A stretch of DNA of 64,000 nucleotides from Kudoa neothunni. Lineage: Eukaryota > Animalia > Cnidaria. The translations under genes and the position numbers were made by a program. This document shows positions 50,988-64,000 of this stretch, in pieces. Within the stretch, counting starts at the first letter, position 1; the number at the start of each line of letters is the position of its first letter. A model generated the notes under the pieces. That model worked only from the letters and a program-made list of their open reading frames with translations, searched no databases and was not told the DNA's origin. The stretch spans positions 8,885,337-8,949,336 of the forward strand of contig OZ199838.1 of the NCBI GenBank assembly GCA_964304625.1, in the 5' to 3' direction.

Positions 50988-52234
50988 TTAGGAGTTAGCA
51001 TTGTCGTCATTGTTGTCACCGGAGGGTGGATTGCCAAGGCTAAAAATTCAGAAAATTTTTGATTAAATTGAACAAAAGAATATCACTTTTGAAACATGTT
51101 AGCAAGCGGATTAGACGAATCGCCACTTCCACCTTGGAGGTTAGACATGAGACCTGAAAAAAGTTCTTGCATTCTAGGATTTTGCATCATATTTTGAGCC
51201 TATATCGAGCATAAAAATCGATTTTATACGACTTTGGAATGTTTACCATGTTAATTACTGCAGGATTGTTCATTATTGCGTTAAAATCGACACCACCTGA
51301 TAGATAAAGGGGTTTTATTTAGTTTAATCGATCGGAAATGAATAAATATACCTAGATCACCAAACGGGGAGTTTGGAACACTTTGGTCTGTTGAAGAATC
51401 GTGTTGTGCAAGGAGGGCTCGGCATTGCTCCAAAGTCTCCTTGTAGGAAAGATTTTCTGGTTCTAATTCACAAGCCTAATGTATCAATTTATTGTAATAA
51501 ATGATAAAATTCCGGTAAATACTTTAACCAAGTTGAGATTAGCATTAACATAATCTTTTTTTGTCATGAATATACTTCTACAATCGACGGATTAAAATAT
51601 TGTTAAAACACCACAAATATTACCCCAATCTAGCATATGCTTTGGAATAGTCATTTTTTAGGTGCAATGCATTGTAACAATCCGCAATAGCCTCATCAAG
51701 TTTGTTGAGTTTGATGTAGGCAGCAGCTCTAATAAGTCGTAAGTCATTAGCTAGCAACTGCACATCAACTAAACAATACCTGTTTCCAAAGTAGATGTGA
51801 TTGGTACAATCAAGTTCGATAGCTTTGGTGTAGCATTGCAAGGCTTCTTCTACTTTCCCTTTACCTAACAACTCGTTTCCTACAAAAATATACTCGATCG
51901 AGACTAATCTTAGACAAACCCATTAATTTTTGTTCCTCGGCTAGTTCAGGTTTTCTCACAATCTAAATGTAAAATCTACAGATTTTCGGGTAAAAAACGA
52001 TTACATCTTCCAAACCCAATTCACCAAACAGCTGTTTGAGATCATGGTAACTAGATTTTGAATCATAATTTATGTTGTACGCTCGTTGAACACAATCAAT
52101 TGCCACTATACAAACTTTAACCGAGGTATTGTATGCGGTCTACCTTGCAAACTTTCTTTTTGATCTTCGTTGAATTTTTCAGAGGATAATTCTGAGTTTA
52201 GAAAATGCAAAATGGAGTTAACCAGCGCACTCAT
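50988..52234 (-). CDS. SGTA: Small glutamine-rich TPR co-chaperone (SGT2/SGTA), multi-exon
   Basis: N-terminal dimerisation domain LVNSILHFL..QKESLQVAIDCVQRAY; TPRs EALQCYTKAIELD..IYFGNR AAAY..YSKAYARLG; C-terminal DFNAIMNNPA..MMQNP. Confidence 0.9.
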
Positions 52235-55200
52235 TATGGGTAATAATATTCGACAAAGTTCGGTGGTAACAATGTTGGAAGCGTAGCGTGTGACTTGTCA
52301 TTTGGAACGTTTCCTAAGCTTGTTTTTTAATAAATGATTAATTGGTTAAAATGTAGAATTGTGGCGTTAATTAAAATCACCGACTACGATAAAAATCGAA
52401 CCTGTTGATTATTTTAATTTTCTGTATCTATCATTGTTTCATCACCAGTAGGTTACTTTCGGTATTGTATTTATTATCTATAATAATTGTTTTAATATAT
52501 CATATGAATAACTGCCAGCCCCTCGCAGTTATTTCCACAGACAATACCATTTAATCGATCGAGTAAAGCATGCTTTATTATCCTAAAATGTGAGTGTGAC
52601 AACAATGATTTTTTATCGATTGCCCATTATTAATTCCATATCTGCAAGAATAGGTTTTCCATATATTCGACCAGCATTAGCTGACTAATTGCGGCGGTTG
52701 TATAAATTTAATTTAAAAAAATTATTTGTTGGGTGAAATCCACTCATTCCTATCATTAAATGTTCAACAAATATCGTTTTAATTTAAAATATGTAAGATT
52801 AATGTACGAACTAATTATAATCTTTATTCGGAAAATTCGGCCTCTATTGTACATTTTAACCATTTAATAAGGTAATTCTCAAAAACGTAGATTATTTTGG
52901 AGGCTATAGCCTCGACGTTTCAAAATTTACTAAAGATTACATTATAAATTTTTATACTTATAGTACAATAAGTAACCAATTTCACGCACTTTTTAAAACC
53001 GTATTTAGTTATAATATTAATTGGTCATTGTTTATATATGTTTCTTATAATATTTCAATCAAAAATTTTCCACCATTTATTGTGAAAAGTTGCTAAAAAA
53101 TGTAACTAAAAGTCACGTGATTGGCCAATTTTCACTCGCTTTTTTCGAGTACTTCTTGTTTATTATTTACCGTGAGGTCTTGATATTGCATGGTTTTAAA
53201 TTGTTAGTCTTTGTTTAATTCATTCTTACAATGGATTGGCTGAAATGTTGTTATATGATGAATAGGATATGTTTTCTTATTTATGTACATATATTTTTTA
53301 TGTAAGGACATTGAAAATCGGAGGTCTCGCTATTTCGTGGCTATTTTTTCACCAAATAATCCGATTAATCTGTCATTTGAAGTATTACAGAAGTTGAAAT
53401 GGTTAGGTGTCATAGAACCATTAAGGATCAACTTGAAATAATACTATACTACAAATCATTAGGATCGATTCCTGGGTAAAAACTACAATTAAAGAAATTT
53501 AACCTGCCTAGTAAACATTAATTTATAATCATTTTGAACCTTCTAAATAAAATGGGGTAAAATTCTACCCCAAGTGAATTTTGCCAACAATATTATAGTG
53601 TATAAATGGGGACATAACTCCCTTCCACTTTTTGTAATCTTTCATCTTTATGAAAACTTTCAGAAAAATATGTTGACATTTTTTTGTCATATATCAAAAA
53701 AGTTAATGTGAAAACTCCTTCCAAATAATATTGAGGTAGAATTTACCCCACATATTATTTCGTAAAATTATTGAAAATTTTGATACGTGTGATTATTAAA
53801 AATTTACTGGAATTCAATCCAGTAAATAATAAATAAATAAAGAAACACTATACATGCGATGCCATTCCGCATGCGCAACATCGATATAAGCATGTCGTTC
53901 TCTCCAGAATACAACGATAGCTCCTCATTCTCTCATCATTTTTATACCAGTTATTTAAAATACGGTGACTTTTCATCAGTTTTCTTATTTCTTCGTTGTA
54001 GAGTGAATTAAAAAAACATATATGACAACTGTTAATCAATATTACTCTTTGTGCACTTTTTAAAATTTCTCGATTTCTTATCTATTTTCCTAAATTTGTG
54101 TACAGTATTCAATGATAAAATTAGGGGAAAAAATAATCACAATAATAATATGTAAAAAATTTTTATCTTCGGAGAACTTTTGGGGTCAAATTTACCCCAA
54201 GTTTTTATTTTACGATATTATTATAAAAAAATTTTTGAAAGTGGAGACGTGTTTATTTCGAATTCTATCGACTCATTTTTTGGTAAAATAGTGATTAATA
54301 TTACATTTAATCTGTGTTAATACCTTACTAATAGTCTCGGATCCACCTCGCAAATTATCGTACAAACGATAACACTTCGCGTATAATATTTCAGATGATA
54401 GATTGAAGATTAAATATTCCTCACCGCAAAAAAAAACAACTATATAAATTTGTAAAATTTTATTAGGAGTATCTAACTAATTTTAACAATTCTTATATTT
54501 CTTTGATGAATGAATTGAGCGATAGTATTTATTGTAACAGGAGCATTTGGTTTCAGTTTTTTTATCGGTTTCCTCGAGGACAATATTCACATCGACGTCT
54601 TTTTTCGGCAATTTGGAAAGTGTTAGTTGGGGTCCCTAAATGGGGTGATTTTGCTTTGACAATTTTCCCATTCTGTAAATTACGATCTATGAGAGGTTGA
54701 TAGAGAGCTCGTGCGATTTCTTTTAAAGATATACGACGTCTTTTAAATTTGCAATTGAAAATTATTTTATGTAATGAGAACGCATTTATAAGTGACAAAT
54801 CTATCATATTGAAAAATACGATCATTAGCCACCTACGAGTGAATCGACGTGTCGAAACCGACGCCAACATACGATCGACAGTGTCGACCCCTCCTTTGGT
54901 TTTATTGTAATATGTGATAATTTCAGGTTCTTTTTATGAGAATCATTCATAATTTTTACATTATTAGTTCCCGTAGACAAAATTATAACACTCTTATTCT
55001 TTTTACTCACTTAAGAGGTGAGCATGTTCTTTTGGAAAAATACAAATGTGGTGCTGAAAAGACTTCTATTTTTAGGACGGAAGAACACACGGAGGGAGCT
55101 CCCCCTTATTGTGCCTTACAGTTCCAAGATAGGTTAATCGTTTTCCAACAGTTTAGACGCAAGACAAGCCGAGGAAAAAAAGTTGTCAACGACGATATTC

Positions 55201-55847
55201 CTCCCAGAGTTGAACAAAGGTTCCGACAGTGAAAACACAATATTTTCCCCAACTTTTGCATTGCGTTGATTTGAGTTATTATTTTTCCCGAGGTACAGTA
55301 GGATATTAATGATATACTTTTCAGCCGGATCAACAGCTAGAAAAAATTTGATGCCGTATTTTGCCGGTTTGAGGGGCATACATTGTTTGAAAGGACACCT
55401 CCCTCTAAACGCAACTAACTGTTCATCGATTGTCACATCCTCATTCGGCGAAAAATACTTCGGGAGTTCCCTTGACCAAATTTCCCATAATTCTCTTATA
55501 GGACAAAACTATATCCATTTGTTTCCTTTCCGCCCTTGTAGAATAATTGTCGAAATGGAGACATCTTGTGATTTGCTTAGAGCGCGTCTTCGAAAAAATA
55601 TTTCGGCATATCTCCCTACCTTCTGATAGACTGAATAATTCAGATAATGGCTCTTCAGGGTCCTTGTGTAGAGCTAGTAGAATGAGGATCCCCAAATAAC
55701 CGTTCAATTCGATAGAATCCATATCTATCCAGTCATCTTTCAAATAATGTTTCCCAAACAGATTTGTGCAATCGAGTATTTTTTTACAGATAGTTTCTGA
55801 AAAAAATATGGAAAAACTGTCCAAAATATTATGATTCCGTTGGTAAC

Positions 55848-55961
55848 TGTAGTGAACCTAATATAATTAATCACCTTTATGTTATGGTCGATGTTAGTCA
55901 TCGGAGGCGGGGTTAGTTTTGTTGAACCGTGTTTTCTATAGCTTGTCGCTGCTGCGTTACA
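55848..55961 (+). repeat. 5' LTR (114 bp)
   Basis: Direct repeat of 59891-60007 with 5 substitutions and a 3-bp indel. Confidence 0.95.
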
Positions 55962-56033
55962 TTTGGTGTCAGAGGTCCAAGTGAAAATGAAAATCAAGGA
56001 AATTAATTTTGATATGCCATATGCCGATCGGAC

Positions 56034-56714
56034 GTGAAACTTGAGGAATTGGAGGCAAGATCCCTCATAAAAAACCACACAACGGAACAACATTACGCAT
56101 TCCTGCTACTAGCAATACCTATCCACCAAAGTCCAATGTTAAAGCCATCCGATCAAGAGAAACTCGAATTGGGTCCCGTAGAAGCGTTGACGAGGAGGAT
56201 AAGGGGATATTATGCAAGTGTCACAAGTATACAAAACCAGTGGACGATTTTCTTGAACAACAAAATTAAGTCAGGAGGGAGAATCCAAGAATTTGCCAAT
56301 CGAATTTTGCTTCGCCTAAAAGCGGCTAGACCGAGTGCGACGGCGGAAGATATAATATTCTTCCTGAAGCCAAAAATGTACCAACCCATATTGAACAGTG
56401 AATCCACCGGAAACATGGCGGTACTCGTGGAGAAAGCCCAAGCGTATCTTGACGCAAATCCGACAGACGCAACCGATACGACTCCATACATAAATGCTGT
56501 GAAACAACCAATTTATCCTACTCGACCACCCAACAAACAGGAATGTTATAAATGTGGTAGTAGATACCATTTTGGCCACGAATGTAAGGGCCTCATACGC
56601 TGTAACATATGCCAAAAGGTTGGGCACATGGCAAAAAAATGCTATAGCCGGTCAGGAAACGAAAAAGGGGGCAGGCCTACTCTCGAGCCTCGCTCTCGAA
56701 TTCACCGAAATTAG
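56034..56714 (+). CDS. Gypsy gag with two CCHC zinc knuckles
   Basis: CYKCGSRYHFGHEC and CNICQKVGHMAKKC. Confidence 0.8.
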   Translation: MKLEELEARSLIKNHTTEQHYAFLLLAIPIHQSPMLKPSDQEKLELGPVEALTRRIRGYYASVTSIQNQWTIFLNNKIKSGGRIQEFANRILLRLKAARPSATAEDIIFFLKPKMYQPILNSESTGNMAVLVEKAQAYLDANPTDATDTTPYINAVKQPIYPTRPPNKQECYKCGSRYHFGHECKGLIRCNICQKVGHMAKKCYSRSGNEKGGRPTLEPRSRIHRN

Positions 56715-56725
56715 AGAGTATTGCC

Positions 56726-59700
56726 ATGACTACTAATATTCGACACGAAGGCACGCCCCAGGGATTATTTGTGTCTTGTGCTTGCCCAGGATCCGAAAAT
56801 TCATTTAGTGGCTTGGTGGATACTGGATCGTCGCATACCCTCATTAATGGAAAACTTATCAATAATAGTATGAATGTAGTGGAGTGTCCTTATATGTGTC
56901 TTTTCTCTGCGCGTGGCGACAAGATCGAAATATCGCATTTTATCACAATTCAAGTGCATATTGGTAGAGTTTGGGTAGATTGCAAAGCATTTATTGTTAA
57001 CAATCTGATATACGATGCTATTATTGGGAGAGATTTTTTGTTCGAACATTTGTAATATCATTATTGATACGAAATTATCTGATGGTCATTGGAACAATAT
57101 CCCGCCAAGGAGCCAGTCGGTCAATACAATAAAATATCCATTACAGTCACTGGTAAAATCCCGAGATATCAAAGGTGTTAATATGGTTCGGTCTGTGGAA
57201 AGAGCTGGTGATTGCTCAGTCGGAGAATACGCTATCCATAGGATTGTAACCGACGGTCACGAACCAATTTCATCTAGACCCTATAGAGTTCCCATACACT
57301 ACAGGAATGCGGTAGACAAAGAAATAGACAGGATGCTATCGTTGGGAGTGATACAACGATCAAAAAGTGCTTGGTCATCTCCAGTTGTGATAGTGGAGAA
57401 GAAGAGCGGTGATCTACGTCTGTGCGTCGATTACAGGAAATTGAACGATGTGACCGTAAAAGATGAATATCCACTGCCAATTCTTGAAGAAGTATTGGAT
57501 TCACTTGGGGGTGCAAATTTTTTCTCAACTCTGGACTTGCAATCCGGCTATTGGCAAATACCGATGGCACCGGAGGATGTTGAGAAAACTGCATTTAGTC
57601 ATGGTCGTGGACTTTACGAATTTCTCAAAATGCCCTTCGGATTGTGTAATGGTCCAGCCACCATTCCAAAGAATAATGGACAGACTACTTAGCGATTTGC
57701 CCTTTGCTATAGCATACCTTGACGATATTGTGATATTCTCAAAGTCAAAATCTGAACATATGGACCACGTTGATATAGTATTGGAGAGGCTGAACACGGC
57801 AAATTTGAAAATTAACAACGAAAAATCCAAATTCTGCAAAAACGAGCTGGCTTATTTGGGATTCATTATCTCCAAGGATGGTATTCGGAATGACCCTGAT
57901 AGAGTTAAAAGTATATTGGACTGGAAAGAACCAAGATCCAAAGATGACTTGCAAGCTTTTCTTGGCGCTTTAAACTTTATGCATAGACACATTAAAGGAT
58001 TGGCTAAGCTCTCATCACATTTTACGGATATGATGTCATCGAAGGTACCATTCAAATGGGATGACGACGAAAGGAAAATGTTCCGCATATTGAAGGAGGC
58101 TGTAAAGGAGTCACCTACTTTAGCATATCCGAATCCGGACATTCCATTCTATCTTGAATGTGATACATCAAATACAGCTGTTGGAGCAGTGCTTTATCAG
58201 AGCCCGGAGAGAAAAGATGTCATTGCCTATACAAGTAAAAAGTTAAATTGCAGCCAAAAGAAACTATAGTGTGACAGACAGAGAGGCATTGGCGATCGTA
58301 AACGCTGTATGAAAATTTCGGACATTACTTGATTGGGAAAAAATTCTTCATATTGACAGATCACAATCCCCTGGTCTATTTGAGGAACATGAAAGATCCA
58401 AGAGGGAGACGCGCTCGTTGGTTGATGGAAATGGAAGACTATTGTTATGAAATTATGTATAAACCTGGATGTCAAAACAACATTGCGGATGCCCTGTCCA
58501 GAAGCGTGCTCAGTATGGGAACATTTGCTACCTACGATCAATTAAGGACAGCACAAAACGAGGATAAATGCATACAAGTCGCTAAAAATGCCAAGAGGAA
58601 TCCGACGGAATCGACAAAATTATCTGGAAACTCCGAACTGAAGAAATTATATGATAGAAGAGACAAATTGGAAAATGGTAGATGGATTACTTTGTCACGC
58701 CTCACGTTTTTGGTAAATTACCTGTTGTTCCATGGCGAATGAGAAGAATGATCGTTAAAAAAGTACATGAGGAATGTGCACACTCAGGAATAACGAAGAC
58801 AGTACAAGTATTACGGAGAAATTTTTATTGACCAACGCTAGAAGACGATGTTACATCTATGATAAAAAAGTGTGATATATGCCTGAACGTGAAAGGAAAT
58901 ACTCATAAAGTAAAAGCACCACTAATGCCGATCCCCGTGCTAGGTCCTTGTGTAAGATGGCACGTAGATTTTATGGGACCAATGGAAACTACATCAAACG
59001 GTAATAGGTTTGTAATTCTATTTATAGATCAATTTACTCAATGGGTGGAAGCAAAAGCCTTATCAACAATCACAGCTAAAGAAACCGCGGATGCTTTCTT
59101 TGAATTGATAATATCGTGCCACGGTTGCCCGAAATATCTACATTCGGATCAAGGAGTTCAGTTTGAATCAGTACTATTCGGTGATGTCTGTAGACTTTTT
59201 GGTGTTCAAAAGTCGCGGTCGACGGCCTATCACCCGGAAGGAAATGGCATGGCAGAGCGTCAAGTACGTAACATAAAAACTAAACTTAAAGCTCTCATTC
59301 TGGAAAACAACGCAGAATGGGACCAAAGTTTAGATAAAGCCCTTCTGGCTACTAGAATAACGCCGTCAGCAACTACGGGTTATAGCCCCGCGTATTTAAT
59401 GTATGGTAGAGAATTAGTTACACCTACTAGTACAATATCCTACAATCTAAACAATGCTGTTACAAACCCTCATGTTTACGCTGAGAAACTCTCGAATGCA
59501 ATGAGAAGCGCATTAAACAAAGCAAAAGAGAATATAGAAGAGGCACAAACGAAACAGTCTTATTACTACAACCGCAAAAATGTCAACGGAAAACAGAAAA
59601 TAGGAAGTCATGTCTACATAAAGAATAGGAAAATCACTTCACTCGCCCCAAAATATGAAGGACCATATAAGGTAATAAAGGCGAAAGGCCCTGTTTATTT

Positions 59701-59773
59701 TGTTGAAAACCACACCAATAAAATTCAGTCCGTCCATGAAAATGACGTCTTGCCAACATATACCATCGATTAG
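56726..59773 (+). pseudogene. Gypsy pol (protease, RT, RNase H, integrase), broken into several frames
   Basis: LVDTGSS, RLCVDYRKLN, YLDD, ECDTS, TDHNPL, ADALSR, HVDF, HSDQG, NGMAER, YEGPY. Confidence 0.93.
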
Positions 59774-59890
59774 TCAAATACCAATCCGAACACTAAACAA
59801 AACAATAGACCTACGAGAAACAAGAAAAGGCCGCTATACCTTGATGATTTCGAAGTATAATCCATTATTTTAAAAAAGGGGGGGGGGTAA

Positions 59891-60007
59891 TGTAGTGAAC
59901 CTAATATAATTAGTCATCACCTTTATGTTATGGTCGATGTTCGTCGTTGGAGGCGAGGTTAGTTTTGTTGAACCGTGTTTTCTATAGCTTGTCGCTGCCG
60001 CGTTACA
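59891..60007 (+). repeat. 3' LTR (117 bp)
   Basis: Preceded by a polypurine tract and followed by TSD GTAAC. Confidence 0.95.
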
Positions 60008-60298
60008 GTAACAATATGCGGTAGGACCAGGAGGGGGGTTCAAAATGTTTTCCGCCGAAGTGCGTTTTGTTTGAGGTATTTTGGGGCCCCATGCAATTCC
60101 TGATTTACTAAGATTTGAGCCTGTGAAGACTGTTGTCTCCGTTGAATCGGATGAATCTACTCATGAATCCAAAAAGCAGTCGTCAGGCTCGCTTCCTGAT
60201 GATTCTAATTCACTATTGAATTCGCTGTAATCACTCATCGACATTTGTTTAGTTAGAGTTTAACACGAGGTGAGAATTAAAATTTGGGATAAAAAACC

Positions 60299-61354
60299 GG
60301 CTAAATTACAGTATCTGTGTGAACTTCAGCTCCGATTGGAAATTCTCGCAAAATATTAGCGCAAGTGATGTATCACAAGAGATTATTCACATTCGAGACC
60401 ATTAATGAAATAATCATTCTCGATTATGGTTATTTTCGTGATGATGTAGATATTACAATTAAAAATTTACAAAATCTCGGCCTGTTACATAGCTTTTGCA
60501 AATGTATTGGGGGAATAGTATGAGTGTAGTTCCGCGTACAGATACAGGTGATGCTTACCAGTTTAGATGTAGTAAATGCCATAAAAGGCGCTCATTGAGA
60601 TCTGGGACCATTTTTGAAATGTCGAAGCTCCTTTTGTGGAGATCATTCATCCTTGTGGTCTGTTTTGTTCAGCATCCAACCATGACATTGGATCAGCTTC
60701 GACAACACCTTGATATCGCGTCGAATTCAACAATAATGGATTGGGAGACCATTATACGAAATTTCGTGGCTTCCAAATTGAATGATGAATTCACGAAAAT
60801 TGGAGGTGATGGAGTAATTGTTCAAATTGACGAGACCGCCATCTCGAAAAGGAAATATAATGTTGGCAGTGTTCTGAAAAATCAGCAACACTGGATGGTA
60901 GGTCGGATTGACGAAGATGGGAGCTGCTTCCTAGAGATTTCTCAATACAGAGACAGAGACGTTTTTGAGAGAATAATAATCGATAACGTGGAAGACGGTT
61001 CAGCAATATGGACGAATGGATGGGACGGATACAATAATGTAGAAAATCTGGGTTTTTCTCATGGAATTGTTATACACAAAAGAAAGTTTGTTTCGAGCGA
61101 TGGGGTTCACACAAACAAAACAGAGGCGACTCGGAGTGCTTTTAAAAGGAAATATAGAAACGCCACAAATAAGAACCTGGAGAGTTTGCCTGGGTATATA
61201 GCTGATTTTCTATGTAGAATAAAGTTTTCTAACAGGGAAATTAATACTCTTTTTGTATATATTTTGACGTTTTATTCATTTTAAAAATAATACCCTAAGT
61301 ATACCGACATGTGTTTTTTTCACGCCGAAGTTGCACAGATAATGTAATTTTTCC
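60299..61354 (+). mobile_element. Merlin transposon nested in the piggyBac 5' region
   Basis: Imperfect GG-starting TIR, perfect 8-bp TSD AAAAAACC. ORF 60496..61284 has IVQIDETAI, IWT(N)GW and HTNKTE; related to the copy at 12876. Confidence 0.9.
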
Positions 61355-62259
61355 AAAAAACCAACTGAAAAGTATTACGGCCCTAAGTGGTGAAAATAAA
61401 TAAGAATTGCTATTTTCGGGTATGTATTAAGTTATTGTTTACCTAACCTTAAAATAAAAATATTTCCCCCAGAAATTGACCCCCAAATTATTATTTTCAA
61501 CAATAAATTAGCTATTAAACAGTGGCTTACATTGTACGATCATTTCCTAACAGCTTACGAATAACTACGTAAAAGATTTAACAGGATTAATTTTTGTGTT
61601 TCACATTGTTTTACTGAAAAACTAGTCGATAGAAATTGAAAATATTGGAAAATTGAATTGGTAACAATTTTTGTAATTAGTTTAGCAAATAATAATCTGC
61701 GGTAAAATTGACCCCAAAAGACCTCCGAAGATGGGTTTTTAGCGACTTTAGAAGGTTAAAAAGACATGATATAATTGTTCAATATTTCGACAAGTTTTGT
61801 GTTTTCTGCACAGTTTTACACGGTATTGTTTTAAAATATGATAAATTAATTGGCAGCTGTTATAAAACTTGAATTAAATGTTAAAACTAAAAACCCACAG
61901 AATTACAACTATAAATACAATTACCCCCCATGGAAACGTAACAATTAAATTTCCGCGCATGTGCCCACAGGATATAACGCAGCGCATCCCAACTAAAATT
62001 GGACTCGCACCCCCCATTTTTTGACGAAACGAAATTCGCACCCCCAGTTGGGAACCCCTGATATGACGTTAATAATTGGTCATTTATTCAAAATTTATTC
62101 GATGAATTTTCCTCATATTTTGTCAGTCGATACTGAATTTTATTTTATACAATTTTATCAAAAAAAGTAGGGTAGACTTTTACCCCCATTTATGTTTGGA
62201 GGGTGGAAATTTTTCAGCTACATAGAAGATTAAATAAACATAGTTTATTCTTCGTTGGA

Positions 62260-63706
62260 TAGAATATTGTCTGTGGAGAGCGAAATTGTCGATTCGAATA
62301 TTCTGATAGTCGTATTAGAAGAAAAATATTTCTGGATTCATTATTTACGAAAAGGTTTCAAAAATAGATGAAGATCTTAAAATTAATGATTTTAATTGAA
62401 GTAAAGGTTGCTTCTCTAATTCCAAGACAAGGTATTACTTGATGAATATCAGATTACATGGAGAGGCTGGAAATGTTGATATCAGTGCCATCCCTGAATT
62501 GATGAACAATAATTCTAATATCCTTGGTAAATATAGATGGGAAGATATTGTAAATATGAACGAAGCCGACCTTTTCTACGAGCAATTATCTCGGCGATCG
62601 TATGTCACCAAGCACGAATCTGTTATAATGGAACAAAACAATCAAAAAAAGGGTAAAAAATATTGGCTATTGTTTCAATGTACCGGTGAGAAATGTCCAC
62701 TTTACGTTATTGGAAAATTTAAGAAGCCGCGTTGTTTTAATGGGGTCAAAAATCTCCCAGTAAAATTAAAGTCTCAAAAAAATGGTTGGATGCCTGTGGC
62801 TCTATTCTAAATCCTAAAAAATTTAGATAACAAGTTCAGTCAAGAAAATAGAAAAGTCCTTATCCTCCTTGATCAATGCCCGTGTCATCCCAATTTAACA
62901 AACCACTTTAATAACACTGAATTGTTGTTCCTACCTAAAAACACCACCAGTATCCTCCAGCCAATGGATCTCGGCATCATTCATAGTTTAAAGGTAAACT
63001 ACCGCAAATTGTTGACCAGAAAGTTTCTGTCCGATGAGGATACTTCAACACCCTTCAAATACACGATTATGGATTATTTTCATACGTTGAATGAAGCATG
63101 GGACATGGTAGAGAAAAAATATTGAAAACTGTTTCAAGAAATCTCAGATATTTAGGATTCGTAGGATTAACTATAAATTAATATTAATATAAAATAAAGA
63201 GGATACTAACGCAGACGTCGACTCCGCATCTGAAACAATAATTGTTGGTAAATATGCATTCCAGGTAAGTTTTTTTCAAATAAATTTCTAGACGACTTTG
63301 ACGATGTAAGTGAATTGGAGGAAGCTGAAACCGTACATGAGGACGCATCATATCAAATCAATACGGATATTTTGATCGTTCCAAAATGCGATGAAGATCA
63401 GGATTCTTATGAAAATAGTGATATAGTTAGATCGGCTGAATTAAAAATGTTATAAATATTATGAGAAAAGTTTTTATGCGAGAGAATCCTGCTGATTTAA
63501 TCTATACTGACCCATGATGGACGAAATATATAAAATTATTAAAGACAGGTACAAAATAAAAAAATAGATGACTTTTTCGATAAAAGTTAATATTTTCCGC
63601 TGTTCGCGCGCGCGGAAAATTCCTATAACTATGCCTGTTGCCGAAAAGTACAATATTACTTATTATTATGAATGTCTCCAATATATTGACCCAAAAACTG
63701 TCACTG
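62260..63706 (+). pseudogene. pogo/Tigger (TIGD/CENP-B-like DDE_1) transposase remnant
   Basis: LHGEAG, DIVNMNEADLFY, VIGKFKKPRCF, KNGWM, LLDQCPCH, FLPKNTTSILQPMDLGII; possible terminus CACTG|TA at 63706. Confidence 0.85.
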
Positions 63707-63789
63707 TATCATGTTTTAAAAATATCTATTATCTTGACTCCTAATGACATCCTAGAGATGAAAAATATAATAATCAAAACTTATAAATG

Positions 63790-64000
63790 TTGTTAGAATC
63801 TAAATATAGAAATTATATTCATGCAGAACAATTTAATTTTGTTGATGAAGATGTGTATGAGTGGATTGAGTGGACACGATGCACAAAGATTGTAGTAAGC
63901 GTCGTCACGATAATCATCAAGAGAAATCAATTAGCCAAAGAAAAAGGTTAACCTTCATGTGCAATTCATGGAGGGTTTCGTTGTTTAAAAAAAAGGCCCA
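63790..64000 (+). pseudogene. Second pogo/Tigger-like CENP-B HTH fragment, cut by the window edge
   Basis: Manual translation VDEDVYEWIEWTR...IIIK..LAKE..FKKR. Confidence 0.45.

Larger units (their letters stand above)
55848..60007 (+). mobile_element. Ty3/Gypsy LTR retrotransposon, full-length (4.16 kb), frameshifted
   Basis: LTRs 55848-55961 and 59891-60007 (TG..CA), 5-bp TSD GTAAC, PBS TGGTGTCAGA, PPT A6G10, domain order gag-PR-RT-RH-IN. Confidence 0.95.
53539..61755 (-). mobile_element. piggyBac element, decayed transposase, hosting nested Gypsy and Merlin
   Basis: TIR CCTTCTAAA, with TTAA on the right and TGAA on the left. Internal inverted repeat about 54166-54198 vs 61700-61732. Transposase fragments: ATG 60244 (..SKSGIAW..NIL..PGPTAY), 55441-55824, 55134-55436 (TIDEQLVAFRGRCPF, VVDNFF), 54562-54870 (TRRW). 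Confidence 0.85.

Noticed and set aside
56210-58541. Antisense ORFs over the Gypsy and other long ORFs
   Set aside because: They are shadow frames of sense coding sequence with no recognisable motifs.

Overview
Eukaryotic (animal) genomic DNA, very AT-rich, with a standard genetic code and very short GT-AG introns (many about 39-60 bp). This suggests a compact-genome invertebrate, possibly a parasite; the species cannot be determined from this window. Host genes: two paralogous, divergent rhodopsin-like 7TM receptors with single coding exons, an AGPAT5-like acyltransferase, intronless TFIIE-beta (GTF2E2), ZNHIT1/Vps71, two tandem small CX9C proteins (one COA4-like), NCBP2/CBP20 and SGTA. Much of the rest is a dense, nested collection of mostly decayed transposons: Merlin/ISXO2 (4), Tc1/IS630, pogo/Tigger, hAT MITEs, piggyBac (3), Helitron termini, a FLYWCH-MULE, a compact Gypsy with about 115-bp LTRs, and two solo LTRs. 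The best candidate for an undescribed system is a spliced ZSWIM3-like Mutator family (MULE DDE + SWIM + AT-hook + C-terminal PHD finger). All three of its large copies lie inside, or directly abut, piggyBac elements. No rRNA, tRNA or CRISPR array could be supported.
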